Assembly (NCBI GenBank): GCA_977018835.1
Contig: OZ361256.1
Coordinates: forward strand, 1,116,001 to 1,180,000
Length of the DNA: 64,000 nt
Source of the DNA: Minutocellus sp. GHC0000111
Lineage: Eukaryota
Reading direction: 5' to 3'
The translations under genes were made by a program, and so were the position numbers. Position 1 is the stretch's first letter. Each line of letters opens with the position of its first letter. The notes below the pieces were generated by a model. The model worked only from the letters and a program-made list of their open reading frames with translations, did no database searches and was not told where the DNA came from. Of the stretch, positions 35,632-47,945 are shown one piece after another.

Positions 35632-36627
35632 TCAATCACCATGGTCGGTGTCCTTAGAGGAGAGCATATTGCCAAGGAACTTCTTCATCTTTTGAAGAGG
35701 CATGAGATCTTCATCTTGAAATATCTGACAGGCCTGATACAGAGATGTCTTCTTCCCTGGGGGGTAGTATGCCATATTCATGTTGGCATATGTGTAGGTG
35801 ACAATCATCATGAGCTCATCTCGAAAGATCCTGCTTGTAGTAATGTAGTTCGGTATGCTTTCGGCACATATTCCTATTGATGTAGCGACCGAAGAAAAGT
35901 TATCTTCTCCTGCCTTTTGAAGCTCAACGGAAATGGCTGATAATGTTGACCGAACGCTGCTGGAACAACCAGGAGAGCAATTCTCTGCAACATCGGTAAT
36001 GTGGTCATAATATTCATCAGACCCAACGGTTTGGTCGTAGAATTTCATGGGGGCCGATGCCGAGTAGGCAATATCAACTACATTGGAATGCACCACTCGC
36101 ATCATGGCACTGAGGAATCCTGGATAGGAACCCCCCACTGTGATGACGGGGCAGTACTCGGGTGAGGTCCGATCCGTCGAGCAACCCAAGTCAGCCTGAA
36201 CATAATTCAGTAGCCTCACGTAGTCTATCATTGCCTGTTCCGTGTTGATGAGTGACACCCGCTGTTCTGGTGTTGGGATCTTTCCTTGCAGGGGTTGGGA
36301 GGTACCATAGAATCGATGCTCTGGCTGCAAAACATAGGCACCAAACTGCTTCGCCAGATGATCTGCCACGAAGGGATAATAAATACCAAAGTTCGGATCG
36401 ATTGCACCTTCGCCTCCCATGATCACGAATATTGGGTGCCCTGGACCGTCAAAATGCTTGGGGTACGTGTAGTAGCGCTGTGTCCATCGTTCATCATCGT
36501 CATCGGGTGATAGTTGATTCACGATCTGATCGGTGTAGTAGAGTGGGTTCGCTGGGATGGCACTCACTCGCAGAGGAGTAGCAGCTAGCGCCGCCGTCAG
36601 AAGGAGGATGCGCGCAGGGGATTTCAT
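35632..36627 (-). pseudogene. Peptidase S28 (prolyl carboxypeptidase-like), C-terminally truncated
   Basis: Signal peptide, WTQRY, MGGEG, PEHRFYGTSQP, GGSYPGFLSA, SASAP. Ends at 331 aa, before the region where S28 enzymes carry the catalytic Asp and His. Confidence 0.8.
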
Positions 36628-36986
36628 CGTTAGGAAAGTCTTAAAAGCACCTCTTGCTTGCTTCCTCGCCTCGTCTACTAGATAGTATCTTCTTCATTTC
36701 ATGCTCGCGATCTCTTCAAGCAATGGGCAAAAAATTTCTGTGATGTCAAAAAGAAATCTAGCAAGAAAATTTAATCCTTTTTCCCCTTTTTTATGTTGCA
36801 TTTTACAGGTGCTTCCCGGCTTCCTGTTGTTGCTTTCATCTTCGCGGAAAATATCCCCGATACACGCGTAAATGAGTTCAACAAAGGGGACTTCACACCC
36901 CCAAAACTGAATCCACCAACGCAACGACCGACCGCAAAACGCTATAACGACAGCACGACGTGAGATAAGACATACAATCGCCCACC

Positions 36987-39918
36987 ATGGCCGGAGACTC
37001 CCCTTCTCCTCCTCGGTATCGCAATCGAGGCAATAGTAGCAGCAGCGGCAGCGGCAGCAATGGCAATGGCGCAGCACCACCGGTCAACACCAACGTCCGC
37101 ACACTGCTCATCGTTGGGTGCATTCTCCTGGTGTATCTGCTGATCTCGGCCCCATCCGACTACGAGGAGTACGAGTACGACAATAGCAATGGTCTTGCCG
37201 TTGATGGAGGTGGCGCAGCAGCTGGTGCTGGAGGTGGGAGAATACAGCACGGACCGGCCCCGGCGCCTCTGATTGGGCCGGCCCTCAACAAGGCCCGACA
37301 ACCACTGACGGCGCTGAAGCACAAATTGCTTCGCCATCTATTTGATAACACTGAATATGCCGGTTATGGTCCCTCCAAGCCACGGGTTGCCGTCATTATT
37401 CCCGATGGAGATCCCCACACCATTGTTGGAGCGGTGGAGAGCGTCTTTCGGTGAGTTTTAGGGTTGTTTGGGTTGGGTTGGGTTGGGTTGGGTTGGGTTG
37501 GGTTGGCCCATCGTTGCATGGGATGAGCACGAACTCATCTCGACGAAATTTGCACTCAAGATACACAAACGTCCACGCATTTGATGTTTGGTTGCCATTA
37601 TTACTTGCTTACGTACTTACTTACTTTTTGATTTTCATGTTGTATTGTCCAGCAATACTGATCGAAATCGCATTTTGGTGGTTGTAGCGGTGATGGACGG
37701 TCATCATGAAGATGATGACCTTACTGCGGCTTTGAACGATGTCAATACCGGCAATGACGTGGGACACTGGCACGGCTCCACCTATCATGACCACGATGGG
37801 AACGAAGCGAATCACAAGGCTGAACCGACCAACACCCAAAAGAAGCATGATCATGGCAGCCAGAAGGTTTACGCATTCTACAATACAGAGGCTCAGGCGC
37901 AAGGCGTGTCTGCTTCTCGATCCGATGCGGTCGAATTCGTCAATATTTTGATAAAGAAGTATGAAGAGGCTGGATTGAAAAAGCCAGAGGAAGAGATCAT
38001 GTTGCTATTTCTAAGAAGCGATGGGCGGTTGACTGATCCCAAATGGCTGAACGATGTTACTGGGGCATTGGTATCGCCGATGATGGCTGAAAGTACCCAA
38101 AAGAATGCTGTGTCCCTCCAAGTTGACCACCCATCTTCCAAGCGCGGAGAAACGACCACTCTCTTGCCATCCTTGCATATCCACTCTGGAGAGACATCCA
38201 TCTCTGAATTGGCAGACGGCAAGGGGAAGACCTATCCAACCCCCATCATCGGAGGAGTGGCCAGTGCAATGAGACTTAAAACATACAATGAATTACCGGC
38301 CAATGATGCCATCTTGACCAGCGCAGCAGCTGCCGATGTGGAATTATCTCTCAATCTTTGGCTGTGCGGCGATGGTATCAATGTCCTCTCATCTAAATCG
38401 ACTGCAGTACGAGTTGATCGGAATAACCCTCATCATTCGAGCGATGATATGAGTGATGAGGAGGCAGCGAGACTCATGGCTGCGTGGATGACTGACGAGC
38501 AGGCCAAATCAATTTACCCTGCCCGGTCGATGGTGAATGGAGGCGTAGATGCCAAAGAGGCACGGAAATTGAAGGCCATGGTGGAAGTGGAACGCGACTC
38601 GACTTCCTTGCCAAAAGATTTGATGCGGCGATGCAAGCCATTTCAAACGTTTGAAGACCGATTCCATTTGGGTATTGGAGGAGAGAAGGCGGATGTTGTC
38701 AAAGAGGCTCCCACATTGCACCCAGTGAAGGAGGAGAGCGGTGCTGCTGGTAATGGCAATGCAAAGAAGGTTGTGGCAAGTGTTGGTACAGACACTGCTA
38801 AGCGAATGCCATCCAAGCCACTTGATCCTGCTCGACTCGAAATGATCCAGAGTACCGACATGGTTGATGTATCGTTTGTGGACGTAGCTGGAGACCATAA
38901 GGAACATCCACACAAGGGCGCAGTCGACGAAGACGGAAATTGGGGCTACATCCACGATGAAGAATTTTTGCATCGGAATCCACCAGAATTTAATTTGCCG
39001 AACAAGGAGGAAGCTTGCGCAAAACGAGATGCCAATCAACGAATGCTGACGGAGAAGGTCTCGATTGATTTTGAAGCAGATGCCGCCGCTGAAAAGAGGG
39101 CAAAGGAAAGTGGAAAGCCACGGCCCAAGATATTGTGTGTCCTTTTCACCATTCAGAAGAATCATGACAGGCTTGAAGCCATCAGCCATACGTGGGGATC
39201 AAAGTGCGATGGGATTGTCTACGCTTCTGACAAGACCGATCGCGTCATTGGCACTGTCAATATTCCCCACGAAGGCAAAGAGGAATACAACAATATCTGG
39301 CAGAAGAATCGGTCCATTTGGAGCTATGTCTATGACAATTACTATGAAAAGTACGATTACTTTCATAGCGGTGGCGACGACGTCTACCTGCTAATGGAAA
39401 ACTTGCGGTTGTATTTGGAGTCAGAAGAGATACAAACGGCCTCCAATGGTGGGCTTTATCTTCCCAACGGAGATGAAACTACGCAGACTCCTCTCTTCCT
39501 CGGTCGACGTTTTGCCCAGGACGGTGGTCGAGACAGAATATTCAACTCGGGAGGCTCTGGATATACCCTAAACAAGGCTGCTCTGAAGACTTTGATACTG
39601 GCCATGCCAAACTGCATGCCTCATTTGCACACCTTCAGCGAGGATGTTTTGGTAGCCAGATGCCTACGCAAATCCGGCATCCTCCCGTATGATACCAAGG
39701 ATGAGACTGAGGCTGAGAGATATATGCCATTCCAGCCGGGCCATCACTTGACCTACCGTCCGCCAGCAGATGTGAATGAGGACTGGTACGCCCTGGATTG
39801 CGTTGACTGCAAATGGGGTCTTGATCATTGCTCCAAGCAGTCGGTCGCCTTCCACTACATCAAGCCAGCGCTGATGGATCGTATGCATGGCATTCTATAC
39901 GGTTATTGCGATGCCTAA
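36987..39918 (+). CDS. Type II membrane glycosyltransferase: degenerate ppGalNAc-T-like domain fused to a GT31 core-1 beta-1,3-galactosyltransferase-like domain
   Basis: Intron 37451-37652. C-terminal KILC, TWGSKCD, GGDDVY..ENLR, LFLGRRF, SGGSGY, EDV and AFHY are C1GALT1-like. Confidence 0.87.
37468..37506 (+). repeat. (TTGGG)n intronic microsatellite, potential G-quadruplex
   Basis: About 7 perfect TTGGG units just downstream of the splice donor. Confidence 0.9.
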
Positions 39919-40205
39919 AACTTGATTAGAAGGGATTATTATATATATAGAGGCTGATTATGTATGGTACCGTACGGTAGTCGCGCTTTTCCCGCCGATG
40001 CCGCAAGAAGTGGAACACTCCCTTCACTCCCTTTACTCAATTCTTATCTGATAATCAATACAATTTTCCATTTCGGGAGTCACTTCTCGTCCGCCAGTCA
40101 GCCGTAGCCGCGTCCGCTCTCAAATCTTTCATCGCATCTCCCTCGCTCGCTCGGCAAGTTAAGCAATAGCTCAAACCTATAAACAATAGAGTTTGAGACG
40201 ACGAA

Positions 40206-41623
40206 ATGTTCCTTCGTGTTGCCTTCATAATTGGTGCCCTTTTAAATCCAGGCATTTGCTTTGCTCTGGGCCTATCCTCCCCAACTGCCCCATCGACGAC
40301 AACAACAGATGCGCACCGTGCCAAATTTTTGGCCTGGTTCGATGCCAAGCGAATAAATAATGGTGGTGCGCTGGAGCTGACTCACGTTGTGCACGTCGAT
40401 CCTTTACCGAACGATCTTGGGGACGGGGCCCATAAACCAGAGCGACTTGTAAGATATGCATCACTGTCATTTCCGCACCAACTTCCGACAAAAAATCGCG
40501 CCGCCAAGGCTATCAAATCGGGCAGATTGAAATTGAATGACATAGAAAAAGTCGAAGGATGTAGGGTGGTGCAGAAGGGTGATAAATTGACATTACAGAT
40601 AGAGGCCCGGACTAAGCTATCCGATGATGATGTTGCGAAGCGAATGAATTTTGTTGGTCATCTCAATGATTCTGGTCTATCAGTGTGCTACGAAGATGAT
40701 CACTTGGCGGCAGTATTCAAACCAGCAGGGGTGCATACAAAGAAAAATACTGTCCATAGGTACCTTGCATTTGAGGACGCCCTTCCAGCGATACTCACTC
40801 CTTCTTCGAGTGATGATGCACTCCCACTACCGCTCGCTGTCCATCGCCTTGACGTGCGCGTACCGGGGCTGGTACTAGTGGCAAAAAGTCGTAGGGCTCT
40901 CATGAATTTGGGCAATCAGTTTGAATCAAAAACCGTAAAGAAACGCTATGAAGCTCTCGTCGTTGGTGATCCATTTGAGGCAATCAAACTCAATTCCAAC
41001 TTTTTATTGCGGGATGATAATACTATTCTTATTGATTCGCCAATAGAGGTGGAGGGGAGGGGTATGCTAGCATCAAGAACAACAATGTCTGTACTGAAAT
41101 CCATGCCACACACGCACTGGGGAACTCTGAGTCATGTGCAACTTCGGCCTGAGACAGGTCGAACCCATCAACTGCGGGTAGGTGTGATGATGATGATGAT
41201 TATTTTACTAAACATTCTGCTTGGGAAGTTGGTCCTTACCTTTTCTGCACGCTTACACACCAACGCATCATTTCTTCCTCTTATCTCTCCTCTTCTTTCT
41301 GTCTTCACTAGATTCACATGGCAAGGATGGCCTGCCCTATCGTTGGTGATGACTTGTATTGGGATTCTGGAGTAGAAGCACGGGCCAAAATGGCCAAGAG
41401 CGTTGATGAAGATGGTGCGGTCGAAGAATGTGACTTGGGCATAATACAAGATCTCCCACCTGTTCGACGCGGAGATGGACTTTACTTGCAAAGTAGAGGT
41501 GCCACATTCCAACATCCAGTAAGTGGAGAACTCATGAACATTGAAGTGCCGCTGATAGATCGGTTTGGTCGATTGCTACAAAAAGCAAAATTGGCGCGCA
41601 AGTACGAAGATTCGTTTAAATAA
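40206..41623 (+). CDS. RluA/RluC/RluD-family pseudouridine synthase, probably organelle-targeted
   Basis: S4-like domain, KPAG, HRLD, PETGRTHQLR|IHMA..CPIVGDDLY. Intron 41178-41311. N-terminal signal peptide. Confidence 0.9.
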
Positions 41624-41629
41624 CGTAAA

Positions 41630-43002
41630 TTAAATTGTTGCATTGAGGCGATATTGTAGCACCATAATTGCGCCAACATCTAGGTCCGAAATTTGTTCAT
41701 GGACAAGACCCACGGTCATGGTATCTTCCAAAACAGTTTGCTTTCCTCCAATGGAACACGATATCTGAAAATCCGACGCAGGAGCATGGCGCAGCTTGGC
41801 ACCGAGAAATTTCTTTAGGCTGCAAATTGTCATTTCTTTGGATGTCCTCAGGAGCTCTTTGTCGAGGCGATCGACGCGGCGTTCCTGTGGGTGCCGTTGA
41901 AGGTAGTATCCAAGTAGAGCCGATCGCTCTAAGCCATGAATCTTTAGGGGTGGGTGTTGAGCAGATGATACTGCTGATATCGACGACGATCCATGCCGCA
42001 ATCGCTTGTCTCGGGAAGAACCAGGAGCCAACGCCGAAGGGCCAGTAATCGATGAAATGGTACCATTTACCGTCCTTGTCTGTTCATCCTCAATCTCCGA
42101 CCTTTTCTTTCCACGGGATTTCTGCTGCTGTATGATTCCGACCGTTCGGCTTCGCTCAGCGGAATTGTGCATATTTTGCGTGCGATTCAGTAGCTCAATC
42201 TCTTTCGCCTCTTGCCGCTGCAGTGTTTCGACATCGCCGTAGATACTCCTCATTAGCTCCTCGAAATTGTTGTCGTTTCTTCAATAAAGGAAGAGTTCAA
42301 TATAAACGCAGGGTGAGTTACATGTAGTTGGAGACAAATTCGGTTGCAAGATGATGCATTCGTGTACTTCAAAAGACATCAACATAAATCTCACCGCAAG
42401 CTTCGACGTGATGGGATGTGAATCCTACAAGATGGACATGCCTTCTTCCCGATCCGCAGACACTTCTCGATGCACTCGGCACAAAATCTGTGCAAACATT
42501 CCATCACCGTCACTGGCTTGTTGAAGAAACCCAAGCATACCGGGCAGGTCATCTCGGTCGAAAGCTGCTTGACCGATGCCCGAATCCGCGCGTTCGGATC
42601 ATCCTCATTCTGGATGTGACGTGGCTTGCAGTGAATGTCCCACTGCGTAAGGCCGATGACTTCGATCGGTTCCTCCCACTTTGAGATGGGATTGAATTGG
42701 ATACTTGGTGGGTCGCTGTTGCTGTTCCCGGCACCGTCGCTTTGGCGGGGGTCAGCAGGCGTCTTGGCTGGAGCATCTGCAGAGATGGGAGCGGCGGCAG
42801 CCGCAGGGGTAGCTGCCGTAGTAGAGGAAGGTAAAGGCGCAGCACCGTTGACAGAGCTCGTGGCGATACCAGTAGCACCTGCAACTGCACTTGTATTTGA
42901 AGGAACCTGCCCAACGTCGGTGGGAGGAGATGCCTCCGCTGGAGATGCCGCTGCAGAAGCAGAAGCTGCTTGCTCAGTAGATCTGCTCGATGCCTCTGAC
43001 AT
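41630..43002 (-). CDS. RING1: PRC1 RING1/RNF2-like E3 ubiquitin ligase (RING plus RAWUL-like C-terminus)
   Basis: CPVCLG...TVMECLHRFCAECIEKCLRIGKKACPSCR...SRRSLR|NDNNF. Intron 42394-42279. LRTS...TI..LKKFL in the C-terminus. Confidence 0.85.
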
Positions 43003-43434
43003 GTTTGTTCAATAAATCGATTGACCCACACAAATCAGTATGATATGGATGTGCAATTGCTGAGGCTACGCAAGATGCGGCTTCTCGCTGTTCGCTTGAT
43101 GCTTTGGCGGGGCTCTGAGCTTTGAGATAAGCAAGGCTTTGAGATTGGCGGGCGCGGGAAACCTCTTTCTTTCTGACGCCTGTTTGACCTCCTCTTTGGC
43201 CCCGGCCGAGCCGCCATCGCCGCAGCAGCAGCAGCGCAGCGGCCGTCGCGTCATCGGGCCGTCACCTGGCTCAGTCTCGCCCGATTGCTCACCGCACGCC
43301 ACGCACTTGGCTTTGTGGCAAGGCATGGATGGGATGCCAACAATCAAGGATGAACGAGAAAATGAACAAGTCTGCAGATAGTTCCTTGTCGCCCCCCCCC
43401 GTGCAGCAGCGTCCCCCCGTCCGAATGTCAAGGA

Positions 43435-44424
43435 ATGCCACCACCGTTGTTGCCTGACTTGTCCTCGACATCCTTCTGTGATGTTGATTTTTACATCGAT
43501 GGGAGCGAGACGACCGATTCCCAGCCAAGGTTGGCTTGTACTCTGACGTGGTGCAAAGATGGTATTGATAGCGCTGACGACAGCGCGAAAGTAGTTGTAC
43601 CAGAACCGACTATTAACGACGTCTTACACGCCAGCACCAACCTTCCCACCGGCGAAAGGCGACCAGTCATCATCGTTTGTCATGGCTTCTTGTCGTGGAG
43701 GAACCAAATGTTGATATCTCACGTTGCAGCGGGAGTCGCCCAAAAATTACACTGCCACGCCCTCCGATTTGACTTTCGGGGCAATGGTCATTCTGGTGGC
43801 ACGTGGCGTTCGGCTGGATTCGGCGGTGAGGTCTGTGATTTGAGAAGGGTCGTTGACTATGTGAGAAATAGTCTGGGGTGTGAGGTGCTCTGTATTGCTG
43901 GCCATTCCAAGGGAAGTGCGGCGGCATTACGTTTCGCACTGGAGCAAGAGAAGAGAGCTCATCGCCGAGGTGAGGGTGGTCAAAAGGAAGAAAAGAGGGC
44001 TGTACTGGTGCCTTGTTTTGTCAACTTGGCCGGGCGATTTGTTGTTCCTGGCGAATTTGATGTCAAGACAAGATTTAGCAAAGAGCAGTGCGATGAATTG
44101 GCAAGAGAGGGGAAATTTACGATGAAAACCTTTGGGGAAAAGGCAGTCGTGGTAACCCAGGAGGATATCGATGAGAGGGCGAATGCCTCGTCGGCCTTTG
44201 TATCCGAAATACGAACCTCTCATGTTTTAACCATTCATGGATCTGCCGATACGACAGTGGATGTTGAGAATGCCAAAAGATATGATGAGTCCATATCGAA
44301 ACATACGTTGCAAATAATCGAAGGAGCTGACCACAATTTCAATGGTTTGAAGCATATCAATGCAATCGTTGGATCCGTTGTTGGCTTCGTTGAAGAAAAT
44401 TCATCATCATCATCATTACGGTAA
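43435..44424 (+). CDS. Alpha/beta hydrolase
   Basis: CHGF, RFDFRGNGHS, GHSKG nucleophile elbow, IHGSAD, GADHNF. Confidence 0.9.
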   Translation: MPPPLLPDLSSTSFCDVDFYIDGSETTDSQPRLACTLTWCKDGIDSADDSAKVVVPEPTINDVLHASTNLPTGERRPVIIVCHGFLSWRNQMLISHVAAGVAQKLHCHALRFDFRGNGHSGGTWRSAGFGGEVCDLRRVVDYVRNSLGCEVLCIAGHSKGSAAALRFALEQEKRAHRRGEGGQKEEKRAVLVPCFVNLAGRFVVPGEFDVKTRFSKEQCDELAREGKFTMKTFGEKAVVVTQEDIDERANASSAFVSEIRTSHVLTIHGSADTTVDVENAKRYDESISKHTLQIIEGADHNFNGLKHINAIVGSVVGFVEENSSSSSLR

Positions 44425-44497
44425 CATCAGGAGGAGTCAGCAACAGCTACAGAGCATGTACCGGTACGTAGCTACGTACTGTCGTAGCTAGTAGCTA

Positions 44498-44852
44498 GAG
44501 TAAATTGCCATTTAAGATACTGCAGATTGAAATCTGAATTATTTTTTTGATCCGTTCATAGTGTGAACACTTTCTGTGCATTTTTGGACAGCTGAGGAAA
44601 TGCTGATTCGAGGAAAAATTTTCCGGTAAAATTATTCGATGCCTAGATCTAGATCTACCATGAGATATCGGGGATTTTGTCTGGCTCAAATTAAGATACT
44701 GCTAGTAAAACCGCTAACATGACACCAGCGCCCCTATTCATAGTGACCAATGTCCCTATTACTTGTTACTAGTAGTTACTATGGGAGGAGGCCTTGGCAA
44801 TAAGCAGTATCTTACCGGTAAATTGATGAGTATCTTAAATTGCCATCTACTC
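44498..44852. mobile_element. MITE (355 bp) with ~24-bp imperfect TIRs and TA flanks
   Basis: Left GAGTAAATTGCCATTTAAGATACT vs reverse complement of right end GAGTAGATGGCAATTTAAGATACT. TA at 44496-44497 and 44853-44854. Extra internal TAAGATACT copies near 44692 (+) and 44806 (-). AT-rich. Confidence 0.75.
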
Positions 44853-45467
44853 TAGCTACAGTAGTATGCAAGCTAGAGTCGAGTCAGAATTCCTACCGAC
44901 ATGCACCGAAAGCAAGAAATGCTATAGATCAATAAGATCCTGTAAGTAGTGAGCTAAGGTATGCAGTTTACATTGCCTTATTGTGGAGTGGACCTTCCCG
45001 GTCGGTACATGACGTTCGTTCTCTGGCCCCATGACTGTCTGTTTCATCATGTAGGTACCGGTAGGAATTCCTACGTGTTAATCGAATGAGTCAAGTGGCG
45101 CAATGCGCCAACGCTTCAACGGTCGCGTAACGGCCGCCGCCGATGGCGATCCGAGCGAGAGAAGCGGCGAAAGGCGGGCGATGGTGGTCACTATCCGGAG
45201 AGGGGGTGTGGGAGAGCCAAGCATCGACTCCTCACTCCGGCTCTTGCCAGTAAATCTCGCATCGCTTCGCATCGCCTAATCATATCTGTTCGAGAGGGGA
45301 AGGCTCAGTCGGGCGGTCTCGGCTCGAAACACAACACAAGATACGGGTGGTTTTTCTTTCAACTCCGACAGAACTGGACCGGCCATAAATTCTGTGAATA
45401 AGTATCGACACAATCATCAACTTTGGAGCTAACTATCTCTCGAACAAACCATTTTATCGAGTAAAGC

Positions 45468-47840
45468 ATGGAGGGTTCTGCCAAAGTTTCCACGCCGAGC
45501 CGCAGTAGGGCCAAGCGTCCGCATTTGACAATCGATACGCTTGGCTCAGCAGCGGCAGCTCCATCTCCGGCACGTTCCGTCGGCGCTGGTAGCGGTGGAG
45601 TGGCAGCGGCGGCCGCGGCGGCATCCAATGGAACTCCTGGTGTCATCCCGGCCTCTCCGTCGACACAGGCATCATCGCGCCGGGGTGGCAAGTCACCAGC
45701 GACGGCATCGGCGATCACCTTCGAGGATGGATCGCAGCAACGTCGAAAGACGTCGCTGCAGCTTGCCTCCCAGCTCATCCCGCCGTCTCCGTCTCGCTCA
45801 CGTCTGGATCCGCAATACTCGGCTCGACTCTCCGCCCAGCAGCAGGGTGGCGCTGCTGGCATTGGCGGTGGCAGTTTGTTCAATCCTCCCGGTATCGTTC
45901 GGGGATACTCCTCGGCTGCGTCGACTCCCACAGGCCACGCAGGACATATGTCGCCCTTCCGCCCTCCGGCCGTCAGTACGGCCTCTCCTCGCATCAGCCA
46001 CAGCGAACCTGCCAGTTTGTATGGCACCCCCGTCGCCTCCGGCGCTACGTTTGGTGGTTCTGCGGGCACCGGATCGTTGTACGAGACTCCTCGCCGACGA
46101 CCGCAGTCGGCTCGGGGCGCTTCTCCGTCCTCTCGGTCGTTCTTTGGGACGCCGACGGCATCGGCTGGTCGTCGCTCTGGAAGCTACGCCAGCAGTCCGG
46201 CTGGTACGCCTCGTGCATCACCTCGTAACACTCCTCGAAGGCAGGAGCGCGTCGCCAACATCACTGGTGGAACGTCCGATACGGGTTACTCCGATCGCTT
46301 CATTCCTTCTCGAGTGGCGTCGAACCTGTCTTTTTCTGTATACGAAGATCCGTCCACAGTGCGGCGCTTCCGACCAGACCCGCCAACACCCAGCAGTGGA
46401 GAGCCCAACCATGCCGCCGACGCCGCAGTGGCACGAACGAGGACGACGGGCGATCCAGCCACACAGCAACCTATCCTGAATATGCTACTGAGATCAGAGC
46501 TGCTGGGAGAGAATGTCGATCCGACGCCAGCTCCGACCGGATCGCCTGGTACGTCTCCGTCGACTAGCAGCAGAGGACGCGATGGTCGTGATAGCAACCG
46601 TAACAACCGCAGAACTCCTTCCTCGGCAAACGGCTCGACCTCATCATCTGTCGGAACTGGAGGGCCATTGGGAGAGAGTGCCAATTTCCTTCGCTTCCAA
46701 AGTCCAAGGCAGTCGTTCCATGAGAATGTATTTCCAAGTGTGGCAGGATCGGATGGACCGACAAGTGTCGTGAACTCCTTCAACCTATCACCAGTGGGCA
46801 GTGTTGCTACCCAGCGCCTTCTCGCTACTCCACAGAAGCGCAATCGCCGTATCAGCAAGGTCCCGTTCAAGGTACTAGACGCCCCAGCACTTGCAGATGA
46901 CTTCTATTTGAACCTGGTGGATTGGTCGTCTCAGAACGTGCTCGCCGTCGGACTTGGCACCTGTGTTTACCTTTGGAGCGCTTGTACATCCAAGGTTACA
47001 AAGCTATGTGATCTTCAGGAGATCGAGGATACAGTGACGTCTGTCTCCTGGTCGCAGAAGGGGTCGCATCTTGCCATCGGTACTAACAAGGGAGAGATTC
47101 AGATTTGGGACACAATCAAGTGCGAAAAGCTACGATCGATGACCGGCCACTCCGTTCGGGTTGGTGCATTGGCTTGGTGCGGACCAACTTTGGCGAGCGG
47201 CAGTCGCGATCGTGCCATTTACCTTCGCGATGTCCGTTCCGAACAACAGCACACTTCTCTCTTGAAGGCTCACAAACAGGAGGTATGTGGCCTCAAGTGG
47301 TCCTTCGATGAGCCGAGTCATCTGGCCTCTGGTGGCAACGACAACAAGCTCCTCGTATGGGATATCAAAAATCAATCCAAACCAGTTCACAAGTTTGCAG
47401 AGCACTCAGCAGCAGTAAAGGCCATCGCTTGGAGTCCTCACCAGCATGGTCTGCTCGCGAGCGGTGGAGGCACAGCAGATCGATGCATTCGTTTCTGGAA
47501 CACGCTGAGCGGCGCTGGTCTCAACTGCATCGATACGGGAAGTCAGGTGTGCAACCTAGCTTTCTCGAAGAACTGCAACGAGATTGTTAGTACTCATGGC
47601 TATTCACTCAATCAGATTGTCGTGTGGAAATATCCCAGCATGTCCAAGGTTGCCACGCTGACAGGCCACACATACAGAGTCTTGTACTTGGCCGTGTCTC
47701 CAGATGGATCGACTATCGTTACTGGTGCTGGCGACGAGACTCTGCGCTTTTGGCAGGTCTTTCCAGGACCTCAAAGTGACGATAAGAACAACGCCTCAGG
47801 TATCTTATTCCCCTCCCGACCGGGATCAATCATTCGCTAA
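45468..47840 (+). CDS. FZR1: APC/C activator CDH1/fizzy-related
   Basis: C-box DRFIP, KVPFKVLDAPALADDFYLNLVDWS, WD40 repeats, C-terminal IR tail. Confidence 0.95.
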   Translation: MEGSAKVSTPSRSRAKRPHLTIDTLGSAAAAPSPARSVGAGSGGVAAAAAAASNGTPGVIPASPSTQASSRRGGKSPATASAITFEDGSQQRRKTSLQLASQLIPPSPSRSRLDPQYSARLSAQQQGGAAGIGGGSLFNPPGIVRGYSSAASTPTGHAGHMSPFRPPAVSTASPRISHSEPASLYGTPVASGATFGGSAGTGSLYETPRRRPQSARGASPSSRSFFGTPTASAGRRSGSYASSPAGTPRASPRNTPRRQERVANITGGTSDTGYSDRFIPSRVASNLSFSVYEDPSTVRRFRPDPPTPSSGEPNHAADAAVARTRTTGDPATQQPILNMLLRSELLGENVDPTPAPTGSPGTSPSTSSRGRDGRDSNRNNRRTPSSANGSTSSSVGTGGPLGESANFLRFQSPRQSFHENVFPSVAGSDGPTSVVNSFNLSPVGSVATQRLLATPQKRNRRISKVPFKVLDAPALADDFYLNLVDWSSQNVLAVGLGTCVYLWSACTSKVTKLCDLQEIEDTVTSVSWSQKGSHLAIGTNKGEIQIWDTIKCEKLRSMTGHSVRVGALAWCGPTLASGSRDRAIYLRDVRSEQQHTSLLKAHKQEVCGLKWSFDEPSHLASGGNDNKLLVWDIKNQSKPVHKFAEHSAAVKAIAWSPHQHGLLASGGGTADRCIRFWNTLSGAGLNCIDTGSQVCNLAFSKNCNEIVSTHGYSLNQIVVWKYPSMSKVATLTGHTYRVLYLAVSPDGSTIVTGAGDETLRFWQVFPGPQSDDKNNASGILFPSRPGSIIR

Positions 47841-47945
47841 AATAATTAAGAACATTCGCAAAAAATAGATAGGTCGAGCAGAACATTTCTCTTTTGGATC
47901 TATCAAAAGAGAGGTTAGTAAGAGGTTATCCTTTTACTATTGATA

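Noticed and set aside
37456..37506. Interstitial telomere
   Set aside because: Only one TTAGGG; the rest is a TTGGG microsatellite within an intron.
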